DNA of 62,103 nucleotides, counting the filler. It is 5 parts of 5 records of this genome, joined end to end, with 100 filler letters (N's around TTAATTAATTAA, not from the genome) between each part and the next. Parts side by side here need not be neighbours in the genome. Positions count along the whole stretch, not along the records: positions 31,864 to 44,768 come from DRR723986_18373; positions 44,869 to 56,327 come from DRR723986_18444; 3 more parts are not named here. The stretch is one strand, 5' to 3'. This document shows, one piece after another, positions 41,453 through 51,302 of the stretch. Below the pieces are notes generated by a model. The model worked only from the letters and a program-made list of their open reading frames with translations, did no database searches and was not told where the DNA came from. The position numbers and the translations under genes are program-made. Every line of letters starts with the position of its first letter. Position 1 is the first letter of the stretch.

Positions 41453-42430
41453 TTAAGAAACATGCTTGTAAAACTTGGATTTATATTCTAAGGGTGTTAG
41501 ACCAGTGATTTTCTTGAAAACCTGTCTAAAGGCTTTGGGATCGTTATATCCCACTTCATATATAATTTGGTTAACCGTATCATGTCCCGTTTCCAGGATT
41601 TTTTTTGCTGCCTCGGTTCGGACACGTTGGATATATTCCAAAATAGTATTGCCGGTTGATTTTTTGAATCTTCGTTCAAAAGTCCTCCTTCCCACAGCAA
41701 AGCGCATGCAAAGGTCATCTACCAAAAGTTTGTCCGAATAATGCATCTCTATGTATTCCTGAGCGAGTTTGACCTCCTCATCTTTGTGTTCTTTCTGTCC
41801 TTTGAAAATGATAAAGGGGGACTGACTGTCCCGGTCTATGTCAATTTCAAAAATTTTGGAAGAAAGCACCGCCATGTCTCTGTCCATAAGCTTCTCGATT
41901 AGATAGAGGTTTAGGTTTAAAGAAGAATAAGCTCCTCCGCTCGTATAGATCCCATGCTCATCTGTGATGATTTTATCATCCACCAAATTTACATTTGGAA
42001 ACATTTCTCTGAATTCTTTGGCCATCAACCAATGCGTAGCACAGTTTTTTCCATCTAGCAAACCGGTGCTTGCTAACAAGAACGCTCCAATACATAAACT
42101 GGCTATTTGAGCTCCTCTCTGATATTGCTTTACGATCCATGGAATAAATGCAGAATTGGATTCGATTACATTTTTGATATCCCCGTGAATGGCTGGAATT
42201 ATAAGTAGGTCAGTTTTTTCGACCAACTCAATAGAGGTATCTGGTTTGATTGTAAAGATGCCGTTGCTGGTTTGACTTTTCAGTGAAGTACCCACAAGGT
42301 GTACCTTGAATAAGGGAGGCTTTTTAGCTCGCTCCAAATGGGCGTTTGCCATCGTGAACATTTTATAGGTAGCTTCTAAGTTGCTAACGCTGGAGTCTCC
42401 TCCTGGAATCAATATGGAAATATGTTTCAT
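41453..42430 (-). CDS. GlxA family AraC transcriptional regulator (DJ-1 + HTH)
   Basis: ASLCIGAFLLA..GLLDG..ATHW, TSGG, and AraC HTH motifs RTFERRFK and VGY.D...F...FKK.TG.TP. Confidence 0.92.
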   Translation of the reverse strand: MKHISILIPGGDSSVSNLEATYKMFTMANAHLERAKKPPLFKVHLVGTSLKSQTSNGIFTIKPDTSIELVEKTDLLIIPAIHGDIKNVIESNSAFIPWIVKQYQRGAQIASLCIGAFLLASTGLLDGKNCATHWLMAKEFREMFPNVNLVDDKIITDEHGIYTSGGAYSSLNLNLYLIEKLMDRDMAVLSSKIFEIDIDRDSQSPFIIFKGQKEHKDEEVKLAQEYIEMHYSDKLLVDDLCMRFAVGRRTFERRFKKSTGNTILEYIQRVRTEAAKKILETGHDTVNQIIYEVGYNDPKAFRQVFKKITGLTPLEYKSKFYKHVS

Positions 42431-42654
42431 CTTTATTTGTCTAATCTGTCCCGATACCTGCTGAATAATGTCTTAATGGTTAGTTTATCAGTTAGTTATT
42501 TTTAAAATTGATTGGTTTTTGTATCCAAATTTACCCTAAAGATATGTCGTGATCAACCCCTTACTTTGCCGTTAACGTAGGCTGTGGTAAAAAATGATTG
42601 GGCTTAAATTTGTAAATCAAGTAATCAATTTTCAACAATTAAAACCTTTCAACT

Positions 42655-43095
42655 ATGGCAAGTGTAAGTACTTATTTGAACTTTAACAGAAATACAGAGG
42701 AAGCTTTCAAATTCTATCAGTCAGTCTTCGGGGGAGAATTTTTTGGTGGTGGACCAATGCGTTTTGGCGATGTTCCTCCTCAGGATGATATGCCTCCTTT
42801 GCCAGATGAGGATAAAAATCTGGTTATGCATATTGAATTGAGAATCTTAGGCGTACATACTTTGATGGGGACTGATGCTCCGGAGTCTATGGGCTTCACC
42901 GTGAATTTTGGGAACAATGTTAACATCAATCTTCAGCCTGACACCAGAAAGGAGACTAAGGAATTGTTTACTGCATTATCTAAGGACGGGACAGTGACTA
43001 TGGAACTTCAGGATATGTTTTGGGGGGATTACTACGGTTCTTGTACGGATAAATTTGGTGTTCAATGGATGTTTAATTGCGGTGAGAAAAAGTAG
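42655..43095 (+). CDS. VOC family (PhnB-like) protein
   Basis: YLNF...EEAF.FY..VFGG, VMH..L and FWG.YYG...DKFGVQWM. TAAATTTG -7 element at 42605-42612. Confidence 0.9.
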   Translation: MASVSTYLNFNRNTEEAFKFYQSVFGGEFFGGGPMRFGDVPPQDDMPPLPDEDKNLVMHIELRILGVHTLMGTDAPESMGFTVNFGNNVNINLQPDTRKETKELFTALSKDGTVTMELQDMFWGDYYGSCTDKFGVQWMFNCGEKK

Positions 43096-43204
43096 GATGT
43101 CTAACGCTACACAGTACAAATAACACAGTTTTCATGATGTTTTATTGGATTGGGCATCAACTCAAGTAATCGATGAATGATTTCCAACCACAATTATCAG
43201 GAGT

Positions 43205-43606
43205 ATGAAACCAAAGAAAATCTGGGCAAATCTAGGAGTAGATTCGTTTGAAAGAACTCACGAATTTTATCAGAAACTTGGATTTTAATTAAATGGAAAT
43301 CCTGCTAAGGAGTTAGTGAGTTTCTTTTTTGGCGAGGATGGATTTATGATTCATTTTTTCGAAAAGGAAAAACTCAAATCCAGTCTTGAAGGAAACCTGG
43401 CCGATTTAGGTCAGGGAAATGAACGTATGTTTTCGCTTTATGTAGAAAGTAAGTAGGAGATGGAAATAGAAAACGTTGGCGGAACAATTTTCTTGGATCC
43501 TAACATTGACAGAAAAGAATTTTACGATACAAATGGCTATTTCGTTTGTGTGTTTTCTGACCCAGATGGTCATAAATTCAATCTTCTATATGACGAAAAT
43601 ATGTAG
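43205..43606 (+). pseudogene. VOC/glyoxalase family pseudogene
   Basis: MKPKKIWANLGV...FYQKLGF*...SK*...FSDPDGHKFNLL is one frame with internal stops TAA 43286-43288 and TAG 43454-43456. Confidence 0.85.
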
Positions 43607-43995
43607 TGGAAAACAGGGTTGATTCTGAGAGGATCTTAGGTCACGTTCATACCTGTCTCTGATAACCTCACTAAAAACAGTCATTAAGTCATTTCCAGTA
43701 TTACTTGACATAAAAGCAAAGTTTTTCAAAAGTATAGATGAGTATAGTAAACTTGTGTCGAAATAGTGGGGCTTACAAATAATACGAATTGGATTCAATA
43801 TCCAGCAGGTACAGTTTTTACCTTGTAGCAAAAAATGTGAAGTAGTTTTTAATATGGGTTTCAGCAATACTAAAAAGAGGCTGGAAGGTTGATGCTTGTA
43901 GATGAAATGAGCTATGGGGTTTAAGTCTGAAAATTAATGAAAATGCCTGCTTGAAAACTTTTAATGCCTTTCTCTAAGTATAGCAAAAAGTAAAA

Positions 43996-44355
43996 ATGGA
44001 TATTATAAATCATAATGCTGGTAAAACTCAAATTGCAGAAGTCATTTCAAATGATCTTCTAATTCAGTGTGCTGATGATGGATTGGACTTATTAGGTAAC
44101 CTTTATTATCAGGGTTTTGATCATGTAATCCTTCATCAGAAAAATATTGCACCTGAATTTTTTGATCTGAAAAATAAAATGGCAGGAGATATCCTGCAGA
44201 AGTTTTCGACTTATAGAGTTCGTTTAGTGATTGTTGGTGATTATTCGGGATTTTCCAGTAAAAGCCTAAAGGACTTTATCCGTGAAAGTAATCGAGGGAA
44301 GCAGGTCAATTTTCTAAATTCTGTAAGTGAATCTTTGAGAGTCTTTTCTTCCTGA
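43996..44355 (+). CDS. DUF4180 domain protein
   Basis: FFDLKN.MAGDILQKFSTY...IVGD.S...SKSL.DFI.ESNRG. Confidence 0.88.
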   Translation: MDIINHNAGKTQIAEVISNDLLIQCADDGLDLLGNLYYQGFDHVILHQKNIAPEFFDLKNKMAGDILQKFSTYRVRLVIVGDYSGFSSKSLKDFIRESNRGKQVNFLNSVSESLRVFSS

Positions 44356-44587
44356 TTGAAGATCGTTGTTATCGCTTTTGGTAATTTTCATATCCTAGAA
44401 TTAGAATTTATTTTTTCCAATCCTTCTTTCGCCAATTTAGCCTGATCCCATCACACGAGGCAAGAGACTACGGCATAAAGCCAGCGCTCTTGCCTTTGCT
44501 GGTTTATTCCGTTTCCTCTTGCACTAAGTGCGGGCTTCATGCTGGTGCAGCTTCATAAGAATTTGTCAAACCAAAACACAAAAGACT

Positions 44588-44768
44588 ATGAAGACTCAAG
44601 GAAAAAGATCAACAAGTGAGACTCCTGTAAGAAGGAAGAACCGGGAGGCCTTTTCAAATAAGGCTGTAAACTCAAGACAGACAAAAGAATCATCGGATAT
44701 CTACCAGAAGTTTACCGATCTGATTATCGAGAAACTGGAACAGGGTGTGATTCCCTGGAAGCAACCTT
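44588..44768 (+). CDS. ardC: ArdC-like antirestriction/ssDNA-binding protein (3' truncated)
   Basis: DIYQKFTDLIIEKLEQGVIPWKQP matches the ArdC N-terminal signature. Confidence 0.75.
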
Positions 44769-44868
44769 NNNNNNNNNNNNNNNNNNNNNNNNNNNNNNNN
44801 NNNNNNNNNNNNTTAATTAATTAANNNNNNNNNNNNNNNNNNNNNNNNNNNNNNNNNNNNNNNNNNNN
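44769..44868. other. Artificial contig linker
   Basis: N44-TTAATTAATTAA-N44. Confidence 0.99.
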
Positions 44869-46280
44869 ATGTCGTTGCGGATGGTGGGCAGCAGGCGGTT
44901 CAGCGTTTCTGGCGGGGTTTGTGGCCCGGCCAAACCCACGCGCATGGCGTGCCCGATCAGGTATTCATCGGTAAAGGTGCATTCAATTTCCAACAGCCGC
45001 GTCAGCGCGCGATCGCCGCAGAAATCTTGGAACAGGTCCAAGTTGCCGGTGTCGATGCACAGCACCAGGCGGTTGGTGTTGTAGTAATCAAACAGCATGC
45101 GCAGCAGCGCCCTGCGGTGGCGGGTGCGTTTGCCCAGGCCCGATTGCAGGCCGCCCAGGTCGGGCATGGGGGTGTTTTCTTCGTTAAACAGATAATCGAT
45201 CGCCGTCAGGTCGGTGACACGGCGAATCCGCTCGGCCAGCCGTTTTGCAACGTGCCATTTCTTGCACACCAGGATCATCAGCTCGCGGTCGCGGCCAAGG
45301 CTGCTTTCGGTTTCCCAAAACCGCGTGCCAAAGCGCCGGCCAATGCGGCCCCTGCCGGTAAGAAATTGAAACAAATTACGCCCTTCGTTCGATACTTTGA
45401 ACTGAAAGCTACCGGCCGAAAACAACGCCGAAAGCCGGGTTTTCAAATGCGTGGCCTCGGGGCTGATTTTGCGCGCAAACAGGTAATCTTGGCAGATCAG
45501 CATATCGTAATGGTCGTTATAAAAAACCACGGGCATGCCATATTCGGTGAACAACAAGAAGGTCAGCGTGCGGGCACGAATTTCGCGTTCGGGCACCAGA
45601 TGGCGCACAAGAGTTTGGAAAAAAGTCTCGTCCGGGATCCATGTTGTTTTGAAAAACCGCATCACATCTTTGCGGGCGGTGGAAAATTCTAAAATACGCT
45701 CGATGGTCTGGCGGCGCAGGCACCACCATTGGCTGCCAATTTGCACCTGCAGATCCTGTGGAATGCTGCGTTTCAGGCCCAGCTGTTTTTGCACCTTGAA
45801 CATGGTGTAAAACAGCCATTTTTGCGTGCGCTCGTTCACCCAGTGGCGATAGATCAGGCGTTCTTCTTTCCAGCCTGTTTTGATCCAGTTGCTTTCAAAA
45901 TAATCAAAGCTTTCGATATAATCGCAATCGTCTTGGTCAAGAAAACGGTGAATGTAATGCGCCGATTTGATGGGCATGCAATCGCCTGACAGCATGTAAA
46001 AATGGGTGGCGCGGGGAAAGGCCTGCATGGCGCTTTCAATGGCGTTGAGGCTGGCTTGCACCAAGCTCCACTCGCCCCAGCCGCATTTGATGCGCTTTTG
46101 CGCAAAGGTGATGTTGGGGTTGTCATCCAAGGCATCGCGCAGCTGGCGGTAATCTTCGGGGCGGGCGCGGGCGTCGAAATGTATGGCGATATAATCGCCG
46201 GCCGCGGTTAGGCCTTGGGCCTGCTTGATGATGGCGCTTGGGTCTTTGTGACACAAAAGAATGAAGGCAATTTTCGACAT
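44869..46280 (-). CDS. Core-2/I-branching (GT14-like) beta-1,6-N-acetylglucosaminyltransferase family protein (3' truncated)
   Basis: IAFILLCHK, WGEWSLVQA, LSGDC.PI, GSQWWCL, IPDETFFQT and LFARK motifs. Confidence 0.85.
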
Positions 46281-46418
46281 CAGGCGCCTGAAGCCTCTGT
46301 TTACTGGTACAACTTATCTAGTTAAAAGGGATCGGGGCGCGATTGAACAGCCCTCTTTTCAGGGTTTCTGGCCAGTGCCGCCAGCGGGCCGAGTGTTTTT
46401 ATAGAGGTGGTTGGGTTT

Positions 46419-47237
46419 ATGGGATTTCCCGGCACATGGATGACCGAAAGCGAAAGCGTTGTATATCGGGTGGTGCCCAAATGCGCCTGCTCGACCATCG
46501 GGCAGATTATGTTTTATTCCGACCATGGCCGTTTTTTCGATGGCGATATTCATGATGCCACCGAAGGGCTGCATAAATGGGCCATGGCCGACAGCCAGCC
46601 GCTGATCGAGCAAAATGTAAAGGCACAGCGCAGCTATGCCTTTACCTGCGTGCGCAACCCTTACACGCGGATATTATCGTCGTTTTTCGATAAAATTTGC
46701 GGCATTCAGCGCAATGGCCGGCGCTATCGCGGCAACCTTGTGCCGATGCTGGCGCAGAAATATGGTATCGAGGTGGGCGCGCCCGAAGATGGGTTTGAAT
46801 TTGACCAAATCCAGTCGTTTCGCCGGTTTTTATTGTTTGCCCGCGATACCATACGCTGGCGTCGCCCGATGGAGCCCGACATTCATTGGTCGGCCATGTC
46901 GGGGCATATCAGCACCTTTATCCATAATGGCGGGCGGTATAACCACATTTTTTGGACCGAAGATTTCAATGCCGGCATGGCCACCGTGCTGGGCGCGATT
47001 GAAACGCCCCATGCCGTAGATTTGGCCAAGGTGCCCCGCTTTAACGAATCCGAGGGGCATGGCCCCAAACGCGCCCATCCGGTCGAGGCCTATTTCGATG
47101 ATCTCTCGATGCATCTGGTCTATGAAATCTACAAGAAAGATTTTCAGCTGTTTCGCTATGATTTCGAAAACCCGGGAAATAAAATGCCCATTGGCGAGAT
47201 CGATCTAGACGAGGTGCACGCCAAGCTGGGCGATTAG
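46419..47237 (+). CDS. Sulfotransferase family 2 protein
   Basis: PAPS-binding motifs VPKCACST and VRNPYTRILSSF. Start ATG 46419. Confidence 0.88.
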   Translation: MGFPGTWMTESESVVYRVVPKCACSTIGQIMFYSDHGRFFDGDIHDATEGLHKWAMADSQPLIEQNVKAQRSYAFTCVRNPYTRILSSFFDKICGIQRNGRRYRGNLVPMLAQKYGIEVGAPEDGFEFDQIQSFRRFLLFARDTIRWRRPMEPDIHWSAMSGHISTFIHNGGRYNHIFWTEDFNAGMATVLGAIETPHAVDLAKVPRFNESEGHGPKRAHPVEAYFDDLSMHLVYEIYKKDFQLFRYDFENPGNKMPIGEIDLDEVHAKLGD

Positions 47238-47302
47238 GTTTGCGGCACCGGCCCGGGCAAACGGGCCAGTGCCAATGGGGCGAACAGCCCCTTAATAGCC
47301 CC

Positions 47303-48880
47303 TTAATAGCCCAGGGCGCAGCCGTCTTTGCGCGGGTCCGAGCCGCCTTCCAGCACGCCAGTATCGTGGATCATGATGGCCTGCGCGCCACCAATCGGGC
47401 CGTCGGGCACCTCTACCTTATGGCCCAAATCGGCCAATTCGCGGCGCACCTTTTCGCTATAGCCGCGCTCTACCTTCATGGTGCCATTATCGGAAAAACA
47501 GCGCGGCGCATCGATGGCGGTTTGTGGATCCATGCCAAAATCGACCATATTCGAGACAAAGCGCGCATGCCCGTTGGGCTGATAGGCCCCGCCCATCACG
47601 CCAAAGGGCATCACGATTTTGCCATTCTCGCGCAACATGCCCGGAATGATCGTGTGCATGGGGCGCTTATTGCCGCCCAATTCGTTGGGATGGCCTTCTT
47701 GCAAGGTAAAGCCCGCCCCGCGGTTTTGCAGCAAGATGCCAAATTTTTCCGATGCGATGCCCGACCCAAAGCCGTGGAAAATAGAGTAAATCAGGCTGAC
47801 CGCCATGCGGTCGCGATCAACCACGGTGATATAGATCGTGTCTTTATGCACCGATTCACTGATAGGCGCGGCCGCTGCCATGGCTGCATTCGGGTTGATC
47901 AAGGCGGCCAACTGCGCGGCCGTTTCGGGGGCCAGCATATGATCGAGGCGCGTGGTATGATCGGGATCTGCGATAAAGCGGTTGCGCGCGTCATAGGCCA
48001 GCTTTGCGGCCTCGGCCTCGATATGGGCGCGCTGGCTGCCGAAGGGATCCATGCCCGCAATGTCGAAATGCGACAGGATATTCAGCATCAAAATCGCGGT
48101 GGCGCCTTGGCCGTTTGGCGGGTGCTCGACCAGTTCCATTTGCTTGTAGGTGCCCGCCACCGGGGTGCTGGCGTTTGATGCGGCAGCGGCAAAATCGGCC
48201 TCGGTGTGCACACCACCCAAGCCCTGAAGCGCGGCCACCATATCGGCGGCCACTTCGCCCTCGTAAAAGGCGCGGGCGCCATCACGGGCCACGCGGCGCA
48301 GCACCTCGGCCTGGCCCGGGGCGCGGAAAATCTGGCCTGGTTTGGGCAGTTTGCCATCGATCAGGAAATGGCGCTGGGCCGTTGGGTTTAGGCATTTGGC
48401 GGCTTCGGGCCAGTCAAAGGCCACACGCGGGGCCACGGGAATGCCGTGTTCGGCATAGTGAATGGCGGGGGCCAGCAGCGCATCCAGCCCCAGTTTGCCC
48501 ACGCGCTGGGCCAGATCAGCAAAGCCCGCAATCGCTGTGGGGATGGTTACTGCCTCGGGGCCATGCAGCGGCACAGCATCCAGCCCGCGGGCGCGCAGAT
48601 CTGCGGCATTGGCCGCCGCCGGCGCCCGGCCCGATGCGTTATGGGCCAGCACCGTGTCTTGGCCCGGTTGGTTGTAAAGAACAAAACAGTCGCCGCCGAT
48701 ACCCGTCATTTGTGGTTCGGCAATGCCCAGCAGCACGGCGCCTGCAATGGCTGCATCAATGGCATTGCCGCCACGCTGCAAAATGTCGATGGCGGTTTGG
48801 GCGGCCAGCGGGTGCGATGTGGCGCACATGCCGTTGGTGGCCATCACGGCCGATCGGCCCGGGCTGTGAAAATCGCGCAT
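47303..48880 (-). CDS. ggt: Gamma-glutamyltransferase family protein
   Basis: GGNAIDAA, GIGGD.F, PPNGQG, the autocleavage DT, KRPMHTI, GVMGG and DPRKDG motifs. Start ATG 48880. Confidence 0.92.
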   Translation of the reverse strand: MRDFHSPGRSAVMATNGMCATSHPLAAQTAIDILQRGGNAIDAAIAGAVLLGIAEPQMTGIGGDCFVLYNQPGQDTVLAHNASGRAPAAANAADLRARGLDAVPLHGPEAVTIPTAIAGFADLAQRVGKLGLDALLAPAIHYAEHGIPVAPRVAFDWPEAAKCLNPTAQRHFLIDGKLPKPGQIFRAPGQAEVLRRVARDGARAFYEGEVAADMVAALQGLGGVHTEADFAAAASNASTPVAGTYKQMELVEHPPNGQGATAILMLNILSHFDIAGMDPFGSQRAHIEAEAAKLAYDARNRFIADPDHTTRLDHMLAPETAAQLAALINPNAAMAAAAPISESVHKDTIYITVVDRDRMAVSLIYSIFHGFGSGIASEKFGILLQNRGAGFTLQEGHPNELGGNKRPMHTIIPGMLRENGKIVMPFGVMGGAYQPNGHARFVSNMVDFGMDPQTAIDAPRCFSDNGTMKVERGYSEKVRRELADLGHKVEVPDGPIGGAQAIMIHDTGVLEGGSDPRKDGCALGY

Positions 48881-49000
48881 TTGTATCCCCTCGTTTCCCT
48901 GTTCTTGGTTCCCAAGTTTTAGGGCCCGCGCTGGGAATTGCAATTTGCCATTACAGCGAAACCAAGCCGTGCGTGCGGCGCATTTGGATCTGTGCCTGCC

Positions 49001-49495
49001 CTAAGGCAGGGGTGGGGTGGTCACCGCGTTGCGAAAGATGATGCGCAGCTCGTTCCATTGGGCAAAACGGGCGTGATCCAGCCCATCGGCCAGGCTGCGG
49101 ATCAGGTGCCAGCCAAACCCGCCTTCGGGCAAATCTGCGGGGTTTGGCGCGCTGTGGCCTGGGTTGGCGCCTGGGTTGGGACCTGGTTGCGGCAACAAAC
49201 CCGCGGGCAGCGCCGCCCCCCGATCGCGCAGCGTGGCCATGAACTGGTGGCCCTGCACCTGCGCGCGCAGCCAAATGGGCCCGCTGGCATCGGGATAGGC
49301 ATGTTCGGTGATATTATTCAGCGCCTCTGCCAGAACAATGCAGATGCTATCGCGCCGCTCTGGCGCTATGGGCAGGCCTGCAAGATAGGTTTCAAATGCC
49401 ACCAGCCCACGGCGCACCGCAAGCGGTGTGGCGGTAAATGACAGGCTGAATACTGTCTTGCCTATGCGCAGCCTTTGGGTGGGGTCAGGCTGCAT
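49001..49495 (-). CDS. Anti-sigma factor / Ser kinase (RsbW-like HATPase)
   Basis: LAEALNNITEHAY, DRG and LPEGGFGW.LI motifs. Confidence 0.88.
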   Translation of the reverse strand: MQPDPTQRLRIGKTVFSLSFTATPLAVRRGLVAFETYLAGLPIAPERRDSICIVLAEALNNITEHAYPDASGPIWLRAQVQGHQFMATLRDRGAALPAGLLPQPGPNPGANPGHSAPNPADLPEGGFGWHLIRSLADGLDHARFAQWNELRIIFRNAVTTPPLP

Positions 49496-49820
49496 TTTTC
49501 AGCGCGTCGGCAACGGTTGCGTGAATGGTAAAGACGCTATCCATACGGGTTAGGCGAAACACCTTGGCCACGGCCGGGCGCAACCCTGCCAGGTGTAGGC
49601 GCCTGTCGGGGCCCAGCGCCTTTATCACGGCGACAACCGCGCCCAGGCCGCTGGAATCGATGAAATCAACGGCACTAAGATCTAGCAGCACATCGTCGTG
49701 CCCGCCTTCGCTGGCCTGCCGCACGGCCTCTTTGAACGCGATGGCGCCTGCCGCATCAATGCGGCTGTCTTCCACCTGCAACAGGCAAAAGCCATTGCTG
49801 TGTTGCGCACGCAAACCCAT
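49485..49820 (-). CDS. STAS-domain anti-anti-sigma factor (RsbV-like)
   Basis: LDLSAVDFIDSSGLG phosphoacceptor motif and FRLTRMD. Confidence 0.92.
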   Translation of the reverse strand: MGLRAQHSNGFCLLQVEDSRIDAAGAIAFKEAVRQASEGGHDDVLLDLSAVDFIDSSGLGAVVAVIKALGPDRRLHLAGLRPAVAKVFRLTRMDSVFTIHATVADALKNAA

Positions 49821-49915
49821 GGTGAAACCCCTGTAGAAATACCTATGATGCGCGGCAGGCTAGACAGTATTCGTTACCATTCGGTATGCATGGCCCAGAC
49901 AAAAAGGAGACTGCC

Positions 49916-51088
49916 ATGAAAACCGTGGTTATCGCAGGTGCGGCACGCACCCCAATGGGTGGGTTTCAAGGGGTGTTCGATGGTGTGCCTGCGGCCCAGT
50001 TGGGCGGTGTGGCCATTCGTGCGGCGCTGGCGCAGGCGGGCTGTGCCAGTGTGGACGAGCTGCTGATGGGCTGTGTTTTGCCTGCAGGCCAAGGCCAGGC
50101 GCCCGCGCGGCAGGCGGGGTTTGCCGCTGGTTTGGGCGAAGAGGTGCCCGCCACCACGCTGAATAAAATGTGCGGCTCGGGGATGAAGGCCACGATGATG
50201 GCTTTCGATCAAATCGCCCTGGGGCATGCGCAAACCATGGTGGCAGGCGGCATGGAATCGATGTCGAACGCGCCATATCTGTTGCCCAAAATGCGCGGTG
50301 GCGCGCGTATTGGCCATGGCCAGGTGATCGACCATATGTTTCTTGACGGGCTGGAAGACGCCTATGACAAGGGCCGCCTGATGGGCACATTTGCCGAAGA
50401 TTGCGCCGAGAAATACCAATTCACCCGCGAGGCCCAAGATGCCTATGCCATCGGGTCGCTGACCGGGGCGCTAGAGGCGCAAAAAAGCGGTGCTTTCGCG
50501 GCCGAGATTGCCCCCGTTTCGCTGGAAACCCGCACCGGTGTGGTTGAGATCAGCGAAGACGAGCAGCCCGCCAAGGCACGGCCGGAAAAGATACCCACGC
50601 TGAAACCTGCCTTTCGCAAAGATGGCACTGTAACGCCGGCCAATGCCTCGTCTATTTCCGATGGGGCAGCGGCGCTGGTTTTGGCCTCGGAAGAGGCCGC
50701 AGCCCAGCAGGGCTTGCAGGTGCGCGCGCGGATCTTGGGCCATCAAAGCCATGCGCAGGCGCCCGCGTGGTTTTCCACCGCGCCGGTGCCCGCTGCGCAA
50801 AAGCTGTTGGCGCGCTTGGGCTGGGCGGTTGACGATGTTGATCTGTGGGAGGTGAACGAGGCCTTCGCCGTGGTGCCAATGGCCTTTATGCATGAAATGG
50901 GCATCGCGCGCGAAAAGGTAAACGTAAACGGTGGCGCCTGCGCGCTGGGCCACCCCATCGGCGCCTCGGGCGCGCGGATTATTGTGACCTTGCTAAACGC
51001 GCTGGAAACCCGTGGGCTGAAACGCGGTGTGGCGGCCATTTGCATCGGCGGTGGCGAGGGCACAGCCATCGCGATCGAGCGGGTATAA
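49916..51088 (+). CDS. Acetyl-CoA C-acyltransferase (thiolase)
   Basis: NKMCGSG, NEAF, GHPIGASG and CIGGG motifs. RBS AGGAG before ATG 49916. Confidence 0.95.
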   Translation: MKTVVIAGAARTPMGGFQGVFDGVPAAQLGGVAIRAALAQAGCASVDELLMGCVLPAGQGQAPARQAGFAAGLGEEVPATTLNKMCGSGMKATMMAFDQIALGHAQTMVAGGMESMSNAPYLLPKMRGGARIGHGQVIDHMFLDGLEDAYDKGRLMGTFAEDCAEKYQFTREAQDAYAIGSLTGALEAQKSGAFAAEIAPVSLETRTGVVEISEDEQPAKARPEKIPTLKPAFRKDGTVTPANASSISDGAAALVLASEEAAAQQGLQVRARILGHQSHAQAPAWFSTAPVPAAQKLLARLGWAVDDVDLWEVNEAFAVVPMAFMHEMGIAREKVNVNGGACALGHPIGASGARIIVTLLNALETRGLKRGVAAICIGGGEGTAIAIERV

Positions 51089-51119
51089 GGTAAATAGGTA
51101 TGGGGGCGGTTTGGCGCCC

Positions 51120-51302
51120 CTATCCCATGCCGCGCGTCAGCAATGCGATAGCGGCCAGTGCGGCCAGTAGCAGCACACCACCCACTGCCGGCACCCATAG
51201 GTGATTTTTGGTGGGCGTTTGTGTCCAGCATTTGCCGCAATGCTGCGCCCCATAGCGCGAGTTATGCCCGCAGTTTTCGCAGGTGAATACGCGCAAAGCC
51301 AT
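51120..51302 (-). CDS. Small zinc-ribbon membrane protein
   Basis: 60 aa with CENC-x10-CGKC followed by a C-terminal hydrophobic helix. Confidence 0.6.
   Translation of the reverse strand: MALRVFTCENCGHNSRYGAQHCGKCWTQTPTKNHLWVPAVGGVLLLAALAAIALLTRGMG

Larger units (their letters stand above)
37285..44768 (+). mobile_element. Part of a Bacteroidota mobilisable/conjugative element (mob module, cargo, ardC); boundaries not visible
   Basis: oriT-like repeats, RHH-relaxase-coupling protein operon, small cargo genes, a pseudogene and ardC. No integrase in view. Confidence 0.75.

Noticed and set aside
43205-43606. Stop-codon reassignment or readthrough in the VOC gene
   Set aside because: Two different stop types occur and neighbouring genes terminate normally with them. 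Pseudogenisation is simpler.
43607-43995. MGFSNTKKRLE fragment resembling a LytS-type histidine kinase remnant, and the 93-aa minus ORF 43586-43867
   Set aside because: Too short and degraded to support without a TBLASTN search. The minus ORF has no recognisable features.
44869-47237. Divergent GT14-like and sulfotransferase pair as a new sulfated-glycan system
   Set aside because: To my knowledge this is a common conserved Rhodobacteraceae arrangement, and the contig is truncated, so nothing more can be shown.
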